Positions 18,001-31,600 of a stretch of DNA of 64,000 nucleotides are shown piece by piece (the first letter of the stretch is position 1; each line of letters opens with the position of its first letter). Below the pieces are notes generated by a model, which saw only the letters and a list, made by a program, of their open reading frames with translations, had not been told where the DNA came from and searched no databases. The position numbers and the translations under genes were made by a program. Origin of the DNA: Centroscyllium fabricii (taxonomy: Eukaryota); contig JBNRSN020000029.1 of NCBI GenBank assembly GCA_051313645.2, positions 11,222,001 through 11,286,000 of the forward strand, written 5' to 3'.

Positions 18001-21000
18001 TGAACACAGCCCCTACGCTGAACACAGCCCCTACGCTGAACACAGCCCCTATGCTGAACACAGCCCCTACGCTGAACACATCCCCTACGCTGAACACAGC
18101 CCCTACATTGAACACGGCCCCTACACTGAACACGGCCCCCACACTGAACTCGGCCCCTACACTGAACACAGCCCCCACACTGAACACGGCCCCTACACTG
18201 AACACGGCCCCTACACTGAACATGGCCCCTACACTGAACACGGCCCCTACACTGAACACGGCCCCTACACTGAACACGGCCCCCACACTGAACACGGCCC
18301 CCACACTGAACACGGCCCCTACACTGAACACAGACCCTACACTGAACACAGCCCCCACACTGAACACAGACCTTACACTGAACACAGCCCCCACACTGAA
18401 CACAGCCGCTACACTGAACACAGACCCTACACTGAACACAGCACCCACACTGAACACAGCCCCCACACTGAACACGGCCCCTACACTGAACACGGCCCCT
18501 ACACTGAACACGGCCCCTACACTGAACACGGCCCCTACACTGAACACGGCCCCCACACTGAAAACGGCACCTACACTGAACACAGACCCTACACTGAACA
18601 CAGCCCCCACACTGAACCCAGGCCCTGCACTGAACACAGAACTTACACTGAACTCAGCCGCCACACTGAACACAGCCGCTACACTGAACACAGCCCACAC
18701 ACCGAACACAGCCCCTACACTGAACACAGCCCCTTCACTAAACACAGCCCCTACACTGAACACAGCCACTACACTGAACACAGCCACTACATTGAACACA
18801 GCCCCTACACTGAACACGGACCCTACACTGAACACAGACCCTACACTATACACGGTTACTACATTGAACACAACCCCTACACTGAACATGGCCCCTAAAC
18901 GGAACACATACCCGACACTGAACACAATCCCTACACTGAACACAGACCCAACACTGAACCTAATCCCTAAACTGAATACGGCTACTACACTGAACACATC
19001 CCCTACACTGAACATGGCCCCTAAACTGAACACATACCCTACACTGAACACAATCCCTACACTGAACACAATCACTGCACTGAACACAGCCCCTACACTG
19101 AACACGGCCCCGATACTGAACACGGCCCCTACACTGAACATAGCCCCTACACTGAACACGGACCCTATACTAAACACGGCACCTACACTGAACACGGCCC
19201 CAACAATGAACTCGGCCCCTACACTGAACACGGCCCTACACTGAACACAGACCTTACACTGAACACAGCCCCCACACTGAACACAGCCGCTGCACTGAAC
19301 ACAGCCCCTACACTGAACACAGCCGCTACACTGAACACAGCCCCTACACTGAACACAGCCCCTACACTGAACACAGCCCCTACACTGAACACAGGCGCTA
19401 CATTGAACACAGCCCCTACACTGAACACAGCCCATACACTGAACACAGCCCCTACACTGAATACAGCCCCTACAGTGAACACAGCCCCCACACTGAACAC
19501 AGGCCCTACACTGAACACAGACCTTACACTGAACACTGCCCCCACACTGAACACAGCCCCTACACTGAACACAGACACTACACTGAACACATTCCCTACA
19601 TTAAACACAGCCCCTACACTGAACACAGCCACTACAGTGAACACAGCCACTACATTGAACACAGCCCCTACACTGAACACAGACACTACACTGAACACAG
19701 ACACTAAACTGAACACAGCTACAACACTGAACACAGCCACTACATTGAACACAGACCCTACACTGAACACGGACCCTACACTGAACACAGACCCTACACT
19801 GAAATAAGCCCCTACACTGAAAACAGCCCCTACACTTAACACAGACCCTACACTGAACACAGCCCCTACACTGGACACTGCCCCTACACTGAACACAGCC
19901 CCTACATTGAACACAGCCACTACACTGAACATGGACAATAGACTGAACACGGCACCTACACTGAACATAATCCCTACACTGAATACAGACGCTACACTGA
20001 ACACAGACCCTACACTGAACACAGACCCTACACTGAACACTGACCCTACACTGAACACAGCCCCTACAATGAACACAGCCCCTACAATGAACACAGCCCC
20101 CACACTGAACACGGCCCCTACACTGAACACAGCCGCTACACTGAACACAGCCCCTACACTGAACACAGCCCCTACGCTGAACACAGTCCCCACACTGAAC
20201 ACAGCCCCCACACTGAACACAGCCCCCACACTGAACACGGCCCCTACACTGAACACGGCCCCTACACTGAACCCAGGCCCTACACTGAACACAGACCCTA
20301 CACTGCACACAGCCCCCACACTGAACACAGCCCCTACACTGAACACAGCCCCTACACTGAACACAGCCCCCACACTGAACACGGCCCCTACACTGAACAC
20401 GGCCCCTGCACTGAACACGGCCCCTGCACTGAACACGGCCCCCGCACTGAACACGGCCCCTACACTGAACACAGACCCTACACTGAACACAGCCCCCACA
20501 CTGAACACAGCCCCCACACTGAACACAGGCCCTACACTGAACACAGACCTTACACTGAACACAGCCCCTACACTGAACACGGCCCCTACACTGAACACGG
20601 CCCCTGTACTGAACACAGTCCCTACACTGAACACAGCCCCTACACTGAACACAGACCCTACACTGAACACAATCGCTGTACTGAACACAGTCCCTACACT
20701 GAACACAGCACCTACACTGAACACGGCCCCGACACTGAACACGGCCCCGACACTGAACACGGCCCCTACACTGAACATAGCCCCTACACTGAACACGGAC
20801 CCTATACTAAACACGGCACCTACACTGAACACGGCCCCATCACTGAACTCGGCCCCTACACTGAACACGGCCCTGACACTGAACACGGCCCCTAAACTGA
20901 ACAAAGCCCCTACACGGAACACAGGCCCCTACACTGAACACAGACCCTACACTGAACACAGCCCCTACACTGAACACAGCCCCTACACTGAACACAGCCC

Positions 21001-24000
21001 CCACACTGAACACAGCCCCTACACTGAACACAGACCCTACACTGAACACAGACCCTACACTGAACAAAAAACCTACACTGAACACAAAACCTACACTGAA
21101 CACAGCCCCGACACTGAACACAGCCCCTACACTGAACACAGACCCTACACTGAACACAGCCCCTACACTGAACACGGCCCCGACACTGAACACAGACCCT
21201 ACACTGAACACAGACCCTACACTGAACACTGACCCTACACTGAACACTGACCCTACACTGAACACGGCCCCTACAATGAACACAGCCGCCACACTGAACA
21301 CGGCCCCCAAAATTAACACAGCCGCTACACTGAACACAGCCCCTACACTGAACACAGCCCCTACGCTGAACACAGCCCCCACACTGAACACAGCCCCTAC
21401 ACTGAACACAGCCCCCACACAGAACATGGCTCCTACACTGAACATGGCCCCTACACTGAACACAGGACCTACACTGAACACAGTCCCAACATTGAACACA
21501 GCCCCCACACTGAACACAGGCCCTACACTGAACACAGACCTTACACTGAACACAGCCCCCACACTGAACACAGCCGCTACACTGAACACAGCCCTTACAC
21601 TGAACACAGCCCCTACACAGAACACGGCCCCTACGCTGAACACAGCCCCCACACTGAACACAGGCCCTACACTGAACACAGACCTTACACTGAACACAGC
21701 CCCCACACTGAACACAGCCGCTACACTGAACACAGCCGCTACACTGAACACAGCCCCTACACTGAACACAGCCGCTACACTGAACACAGACCCTACACTG
21801 AATTCCGCCCCTACACTGAACACAGCCCCCACACTGAACACAGGCCCTACACTTAACACAGACCTTACACTGAACACAGCCCCTACACTGAACACAGATC
21901 CTACACTGAACACAGCCCCTGCACTTAACACAGACCCTACACTGAACACAGCCCCTACACTGGACACAGCCCCGACACTGAACACGGCCCCTACACTGAA
22001 CACGACCCCTGTACTGAACACAGTCCCTACACTGAACACAGCCCCTACACTGAACACAGACCCTACACTGAACACAATCCCTGTACTGAACACAGTCCCT
22101 ACACTGAACACAGCACCTACACTGAACACAGCCCCTACACTGAACATGGCCCCGACACTGAACACGGCCCCTACACTGAACATAGCCCCTACACTGAACA
22201 CGGACCCTATACTAAACATGGCACCTAAACTGAACACGGCCCCAACACTGAACTCGGCCCCTACACTGAACACGGCCCTGACACTGAACACGGCCCCTAC
22301 ACTGAACAAAGCCCCTACACGGAACACAGGCCCCTACACTGAACACAGACCCTGCACTGAACAAAAAACCTACACTGAACACAAAACCTACACTGAACAC
22401 AGCCCCGACACTGAACACAGCCCCTACACTGAACACAGACCCTACACTGAACACAGCCCCTACACTGAACACGGCCCCGACACTGAACACAGACCCTACA
22501 CTGAACACAGACCCTACACTGAACACAGCCGCCACACTGAACACGGCCCCCAAAATAAACACAGCCGCTACACTGAACAAAGCCCCTACATTGAACACAG
22601 CCCCTACGCTGAACACAGCCCCCACACTGAACACAGCCCCTACACTGAACACAGCCCCCACACTGAACATGGCTCCTACACTGAACATGGCCCCTACACT
22701 GAACCCAGGACCTACACTGAACACAGAACCAACACTGAACACAGCCCCCACACTGAACACGGCCCCTACACAGAACACGGCCACTGCACTGAACACAGCC
22801 CCCACACTGAACACAGGCCCTACACTGAACACAGACCCTACACTGAACACAGGCCCTACACTGAACACAGACCTTGCACTGAACACAGCCCCCACACTGA
22901 ACATGGCCCCTACACAGAACACGGCCCCTACACTGAACACAGCCCCCACACTGAACACAGGCCCTACACTGAACACAGCCCCCACACTGAACACGGCCCC
23001 TACACAGAACACGGCCTCTACACTGAACACAGCCCCCACACTGAACACAGCCCCCACACTGAACACAGGCCCTACACTGAACACAGACCTTACACTGAAC
23101 ACAGACCCCACACTGAACACAGCCGCTACACTGAACACAGCCCCTACACTGAACACAGCCCCTACACTGAACACAGCCCCTACACTGAACACAGACGTAC
23201 ACTGAACACAGACCTTACACTGAACACAGCCCCTACACTGAACACAGACCCTACACTGAACACAGCCCCTGCACTTAACACAGACCATACACTGAACACA
23301 GCCCCTACACTGGACATAGCCCCGACACTGAACACGGCCCCTACACTGAACACAGCCCCTACACTGTACACAGACCCTACACTGAACACAATCCCTGTAC
23401 TGAACACAGTCCCTACACTGAACACAGCACCTACACTGAACACAGCCCCTGCACTGAACACGGCCCCGACACTGAACACGGCCCCTACACTGAACATAGC
23501 CACTACACTGAACACGGACCCTATACTAAACACGGCACCTACACTGAACACGGCCCCAACACTGAACTCAGCCCCTACACTGAACATGGCCCTACACTGA
23601 ACACAGACCTTACACTGAACACAGCCCCCACACTGAACACAGCCGCTACACTGAACACAGCCCCTACACTGAACACAGCCGCTACACTGAACACAGCCCC
23701 TACACTGAACACAGCCCCTACACTGAACACAGCCCCTACACTGAACACAGGCGCTACACTGAACACAGCCCCTACACTGAACACAGCCGCTACACTGAAC
23801 ACAGCCCCTACACTGAACACAGCCGCTACACTGAACACAGCCCCTACACTGAATACAGCCCCTAAATTGAACACAGCCCCCACACTGAACACAGGCCCTA
23901 CACTGAACACAGACCTTACACTGAACACTGCCACCACACTGAACACAGCCCCTACACTGAACACAGACACTACACTGAACACATTCCTTGCATTAAACAC

Positions 24001-27000
24001 AGCCCCTACACTGAACACAGCCACTACACTGAACACAGCCACTACATTGAACACAGCCCCTACACTGAACACGGACCCTACACTGAACACAGACCCTACA
24101 CTGAAACAAGCCCCTACACTGAACACAGCCCCTGCACTTAACACAGACCCTACACTGAACACAGCCCCTACACTGGACACAGCCCCGACACTGAACACAG
24201 CCACTACATTGAACACAGCCCCTACACTGAACATGGCTAATAGACTGAACACGGCACCTACACTGAACATAATCCCTACACTGAACACAGACGCTACACT
24301 GAACACAGACCCTACACTGAACACAGACCCTACACTGAACACTGACCCTACACTGAACACGGCCCCTACAATGAACACGGCCCCCACACTGAACACGGCC
24401 CCTACACTGAACACAGCCGCTACACTGAACACAGCCCCTACACTGAACACAGCCCCTACACTGAACACAGCCCCTACGCTGAACACAGCCCCTACATTGA
24501 ACACAGCCCCTACACTGAACATGGCCCCCACACTGAACTCGGCCCCTACACTGAACACAGCCCCCACACTGAACACGGCCCCTACACTGAACACGGCCCC
24601 TACACTGAACATGGCCCCTACACTGAACACAGCCCCTACACTGAACACGGCCCCTACACTGAACACGGCCCCCACACTGAACACGGCCCCTACACTGAAC
24701 ACAGACCCTACACTGAACACAGCCCCCACACTGAACACAGACCTTACACTGAACACAGCCCCCACACTGAACACAGCCGCTACACTGAACACAGCCCCTA
24801 CACTGAACACAGCCCCTACAGTGAACACAGGCCCTAAACTGAACACTGGCCCTACACTGAACACAGACCTTACACTGAACACAGCCACCACACTGAACAC
24901 AGCCCCTACACTGAACACAGACCCTACACTGAACACAGCCCCCACACTGAACACAGCCCCCACACTGAACACGGCCCCTACACTGAACACGGCCCCTACA
25001 CTGAACACGGCCCCTACACTGAACACGGCCCCCACACTGAACACGGCACCTACACTGAACACAGACCCTACACTGAACACAGCCCCCACACTGAACCCAG
25101 GCCCTGCACTGAACACAGACCTTACACTGAACTCAGCCGCCACACTGAACACAGCCGCTACACTGAACACAGCCCCCACACCGAACACAGCCCCTACACT
25201 GAACACAGGCCCTACACTGAACACAGCCCCCACACTGAACACAGGCCCTACACTGAACACAGACCTTACACTGAACACAGCCCCCACACTGAACACAGCC
25301 CCTACACTGAACACAGCCCCTTCACTAAACACAGCCCCTACACTGAACACAGCCACTACACTGAACACAGCCACTACATTGAACACAGCCCCTACACTGA
25401 ACACGGACCCTACACTGAACACAGACCCTACACTATACACGGTTACTACATTGAACACAACCCCTACACTGAACATGGCCCCTAAACGGAACACATACCC
25501 GACACTGAACACAATCCCTACACTGAACACAGACCCTACACTGAACCTAATCCCTAAACTGAATACGGCTACTACACTGAACACATCCCCTACACTGAAC
25601 ATGGCCCCTAAACTGAACACATACCCTACACTGAACACAATCCCTACACTGAACACAATCACTGCACTGAACACAGCCCCTACACTGAACACGGCCCCGA
25701 CACTGAACACGGCCCCTACACTGAACATAGCCCCTACACTGAACACGGACCCTATACTAAACACGGCACCTACACTGAACACGGCCCCAACACTGAACTC
25801 GGCCCCTACACTGAACACGGCCCTACACTGAACACAGACCTTACACTGAACACAGCCCCCACACTGAACACAGCCGCTGCACTGAACACAGCCCCTACAC
25901 TGAACACAGCCGCTACACTGAACACAGCCGCTACACTGAACACAGCCCCTACACTGAACACAGCCCCTACACTGAACACAGGTGCTACATTGAACACAGC
26001 CCCTACACTGAACACAGCCCCTACACTGAACACAGCCCCTACACTGAATACAGCCCCTACACTGAACACAGCCCCCACACTGAACACAGGCCCTACACTG
26101 AACACAGGCCTTACACTGAACACTGCCCCCACACTGAACACAGCCCCTACACTGAACACAGACACTACACTGAACACATTCCCTACATTAAACACAGCCC
26201 CTACACTGAACACAGCCACTACACTGAACACAGCCACTACATTGAACACAGCCCCTACACTGAACACGGACCCTACACTGAACACAGACCCTACACTGAA
26301 ACAAGCCCCTACACTGAACACAGCCCCTGCACTTAACACAGACCCTACACTGAACACAGCCCCTACACTGGACACAGCCCCGACACTGAACACAGCCCCT
26401 ACATTGAACACAGCCCCTACACTGAACATGGCCAATAGACTGAACACGGCACCTACACTGAACATAATCCCTACACTGAACACAGACGCTACACTGAACA
26501 CAGACCCTACACTGAACACAGACCCTACACTGAACACTGACCCTACACTGAACACGGCCCCTACAATGAACACGGCCCCCACACTGAACACGGCCCCTAC
26601 ACTGAACACAGCCGCTACGCTGAACACAGCCCCTACGCTGAACACAGCCCCTACGCTGAACACAGCCCCTACGCTGAACACAGCCCCTACATTGAACACA
26701 GCTCCTACATTGAACACGGCCCCCACACTGAACACGGCTCCTACACTGAACACAGCCCCCACACTGAACACGGCCCCTACACTGAACACGGCCCCTACAC
26801 TGAACACGGCCCCTACACTGAACATGGCCCCTACACTGAACACAGCCCCTACACTGAACACGGCCCCTACACTGAACACGGCCCCTACACTGAACACAGC
26901 CCCTACAGTGAACACAGGCCCTACACTGAACACTGGCCCTACACTGAACACAGACCTTACACTGAACACAGACCCCACACTGAACACAGCCCCTACACTG

Positions 27001-28239
27001 AACACAGACCCTACACTGAACACAGCCCCCACACTGAACACAGCCTCCACACTGAACACGGCCCCTACACTGAACACGGCCCCTACACTGAACACGGCCC
27101 CTACACTGAACACGGCCCCTACACTGAACACGGCCCCCACACTGAACACGGCACCTACACTGAACACAGACCCTACACTGAACACAGCCCCCACACTGAA
27201 CCCAGGCCCTGCACTGAACACAGACCTTACACTGAACTCAGCCGCCACACTGAACACAGCCGCTACACTGAACACAGCCCCCACACTGAACACAGCCCCT
27301 ACACTGAACACAGGCCCTACACTGAACACAGACCTTACACTAAACACAGCCGCTACACTGAACACAGCCCCTGCACTGAACACAGTCCCTACACTGAACA
27401 CAGCCCCCACACTGAACACAGGCCCTACACTGAACACAGACCTTACACTGAACACAGCCCCCACACTGAACACAGCCCCTACACTGAACACAGCCCCTTC
27501 ACTAAACACAGCCCCTACACTGAACACAGCCACTACTCTGAACACAGCCACTACATTGAACACAGCCCCTACACTGAACACGGACCCTACACTGAACACA
27601 GACCCTACACTGTACATGGCTACTACATTGAACACAACCCCTACACTGAACATGGCCCCTAAACTGAACACATACCCGACACTGAACACAATCCCTACAC
27701 TGAACACAGACCCTAAACTGAACCTAATCCCTAAACTGAATACGGCTACTACACTGAACACAACCCCTACACTGAACATGGCCCCTAAACTGAACACATA
27801 CCCTACACTGAACACAATCCCAACACTGAACACAATCACTGCACTGAACACAGCCCCTACAGTGAACACAGCCCCTACATTGAACACAGCCCCTACACTG
27901 AACACAGCCCCTACATTGAACACAGCCCCTACACTGAACATGGCCAATAGACTGAACACGGCACCTACACTGAACATAATCTCTACACTGAACACAGACG
28001 CTACACTGAACACAGACCCTACACTGAACACAGACCCTACACTGAACACAGACCCTACAATGACCACAGCCCCTACACTGAACACAGCACCTACACTGAA
28101 CACAGTCCCTACACTGAACACAGACCCTGCACTGAACACAGACCCTGCACTGAACACAGCCCCTACACTGAACACAGCCCCTACACTGAACACAGTCCCT
28201 ACACTGAGCACAGGCCCCTACACTGAACACAACCCCTGT
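1..28239. repeat. 18-bp minisatellite array, left domain (consensus TACACTGAACACAGCCCC); continues beyond the window start
   Basis: About 1570 consecutive units (28239/18) with a conserved ACACTGAAC core and a variable ACAGCCCCT half. Occasional 17- and 19-bp units shift the register. Variant strings recur as multi-kb blocks. Confidence 0.99.
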
Positions 28240-28637
28240 GGGCGGCACGGTGGCACAGTGGTTAGCATTGTTGTCTCACAGCACTGGAGATCCGGGTTCA
28301 AATCCAGCCTCAGGTACTATCTGTGTGGAGTTTGCACATTCTCCCCGTGTCTGCGTGGGTTTCATCCGGGTGCTCCGGTTTCCTCCCACAGTCCAAAGAT
28401 GTGCGGGTTAGGTTGATTGGCCATGATAAATTGACCCTTAGTGTTCGGGGGATTAAATGTGTGGGGATACAGGGATAGGGTGGGATATGTGCAGGCTCGA
28501 TAGGGATATGGGGAGAGGGCAGCGGAGGAGTACAGGGTTTAGATGATCAGCCGTGATCTCATTGAATGGCGGAGCAGGCTCGAAGGGCCGAATGGCCTAC
28601 TCCTGCTCCTAGTTTCTATGTTTCTATGTTTCAATGT
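28240..28637 (+). mobile_element. tRNA-derived V-SINE (HE1-like) with a CR1-derived 3' tail
   Basis: The GGGCGGCACGGTGGCACAGTGG head carries Pol III A and B boxes. The V-domain TGTGTGGAGTTTGCACATTCTCCCCGTGTCTGCGTGGGTTT...GGTTTCCTCCCACAGTCCAAAGA follows. The element ends in (TTTCTATG)n. Its flanks rejoin into a normal array string. Confidence 0.92.
28251..28305 (+). promoter_or_regulatory. RNA polymerase III type 2 internal promoter of the SINE (A box and B box)
   Basis: A box TGGCACAGTGG at 28251-28261 and B box GGTTCAAATCC at 28295-28305, at tRNA-like spacing. Confidence 0.85.
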
Positions 28638-31600
28638 ACAGAACACGGCCCCTACACTGAACACGGACCCTACACTGACAACGGCCTCTACACTGCCCAC
28701 GGACCCTACACTGAAAACAGCCCCTACAGTGAACACAGACCCTATACTGAACACAGCCCCCACACTGAGCACAGATCTACACTGAACACAGCCCCTAAAC
28801 TGAACACAGCCACTACACTGAACACATCCACTACACTGAACACAGCCCCTGCACTGAACACAATGCCTACACTGAACACAGCCCCTACACTGAACACAGC
28901 CCCTACACTGAACACAATCCCTAAACTGAACGCAATCCCTACACTGAACACAATCACTACACTGAACACAATCACTACACTGAACACAATCACTACATAG
29001 AAGACAGTCCCTACACTGTACACCGCCCCTACACTGAACACAGCCCCTACACTGACCACAGACCCTACACTGAACATGGCCACTTGACTGAACACAGCCC
29101 CTACACTGAACACAGCCCCTGCACTGAACACGGTCCCTAAACTCAACACAGACCCTACACTTAACACGGTCCCTACACTCAACACAGCCCCTACACTGAA
29201 CACAGACCCTACACTGAACACAGGCCACTAAACTGAACACAGTCCCTACACTGAACACGGCCCCTACACTGAACACGGCACCTACACTGAACACGGTCCC
29301 AACACTGAACAGAGACCCTACACTGAACACAGGCCCTACACGGAACACAGCCCCTACCCTTAACACATCCCCTACACTGAACACAGCCCCTACACTGGAC
29401 ACAGCCCCTACACTGTACACTGCTACTACACTGAACACAACCCCTACACTGACCATGGCCCCTACACTGACCATGGCCCCTACACTGAACCTAATCCCTA
29501 CACTGTACACGGCTACTACATTGAACACAACCCCTACACAGAACATGGCCCCTAAACTGAACACATACCCTGCTCTGAACACAATCCCTGCACTGAACAC
29601 AATCCCTACATTGAACACAGCCCCCACACTGAACATGGCCACTAGACTGAACACGGCCCCTGCACTGAACACTGTCCCTACACTGAACACAATCCCTAAA
29701 CTGAACACAATGCCTACACTGAACACAATCCCTACACTGAACAAAATTCCTACACTGAACACAGCCCCTACACTGAACACAGCCCCTACACTGAACACAG
29801 CCCCTGCATTGAACAGAGCCCCTACACTGAACATGGCCACTAGACTGAACACAGGCCCCTACACTGAACACAGCCCCTGCACTGAACACAGCCCCTACAC
29901 TGAACACAGCCCCTACATTGAACACAGCCCCTACACTGAACAGGGCCCCGACACTGAACACTTTCCCTACACTGAACACGGCCCCTACAGTGAACTTGGC
30001 CCCTACACTGACCACGGATCCTACACTGACCACGGACCCTGCACACTACAGCCCTTACAATGAACACGGCCCCTACACTGAACACAGCCCCTACATTGAA
30101 CACAGCCGCTACACTGAACACAGCCCCTACACTGAACACGGCCCCTACACTGAACACAGACCCTACACTGAACACAGCCCCTACACTTAACACAGACCCT
30201 ATACTGAACACAGACCCTACATTGAACACAGCCCCTACACTGAACACAGCCCCTATATTGAACACAGACACTACACTGAATACAGACCCTACACTGAACA
30301 CAGACCCTACACTGAACACAGACCCTACACTGAACACAGCCCCAACACTGAACATGGCCCCAACACTGAACACGGCCCCTACAGTGAACACAGACCATAT
30401 ACTGAACCTAATTCCTACACTGAACACAGCCCCCACACTGAGCACAGATCTACACTGAACACAGCCCCTGCACTGAACACAATCCCTACATTGAACACCA
30501 ACCCTACACTGAACAGAGCCCGTACACTGAACACTATCCCTAAACTGAACACAATCACTACACTGAACACAATCCCTACACTGAACACAATCCCTAAACT
30601 GAACACAATGCCTACACTGAACACAATCCCTACACTGAACAAAATTCCTACACTGAACACAGCCCCTACACTGAACACAGCCCCTACACTGAACACAGCC
30701 CCTGCATTGAACAGAGCCCCTACACTGAACATGGCCACTAGACTGAACACAGGCCCCTACACTGAACACAGCCCCTGCACTGAACACAGCCCCTACACTG
30801 AACACAGCCCCTACATTGAACACAGCCCCTACACTGAACAGGGCCCCGACACTGAACACTTTCCCTACACTGAACACGGCCCCTACAGTGAACTTGGCCC
30901 CTACACTGACCACGGATCCTACACTGACCACGGACCCTGCACACTACAGCCCTTACAATGAACACGGCCCCTACACTGAACACAGCCCCTACATTGAACA
31001 CAGCCGCTACACTGAACACAGCCCCTACACTGAACACGGCCCCTACACTGAACACAGACCCTACACTGAACACAGCCCCTACACTTAACACAGACCCTAT
31101 ACTGAACACAGACCCTACATTGAACACAGCCCCTACACTGAACACAGCCCCTATACTGAACACAGACACTACACTGAATACAGACCCTACACTGAACACA
31201 GACCCTACACTGAACACAGACCCTACACTGAACACAGCCCCAACACTGAACATGGCCCCAACACTGAACACGGCCCCTACAGTGAACACAGACCATATGC
31301 TGAACCTAATTCCTACACTGAACACAGCCCCCACACTGAGCACAGATCTACACTGAACACAGCCCCTGCACTGAACACAATCCCTACACTGAACACCAAC
31401 CCTACACTGAACAGAGCCCGTACACTGAACACTATCCCTAAACTGAACACAATCACTACACTGAACACAATCCCTACACTGAACACAATCCCTACACTGA
31501 ACACAATCCCTATATAGAAGACAGTCCCTACACTCAACACAGCCCCTACACTCAACACAGCCCCTACACTCAACACAGCCCCTACACTCAACACAGCCCC

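Noticed and set aside
28240-28310. tRNA gene
   Set aside because: A and B boxes are present, but the sequence runs straight into the V-SINE core. It is the SINE head.
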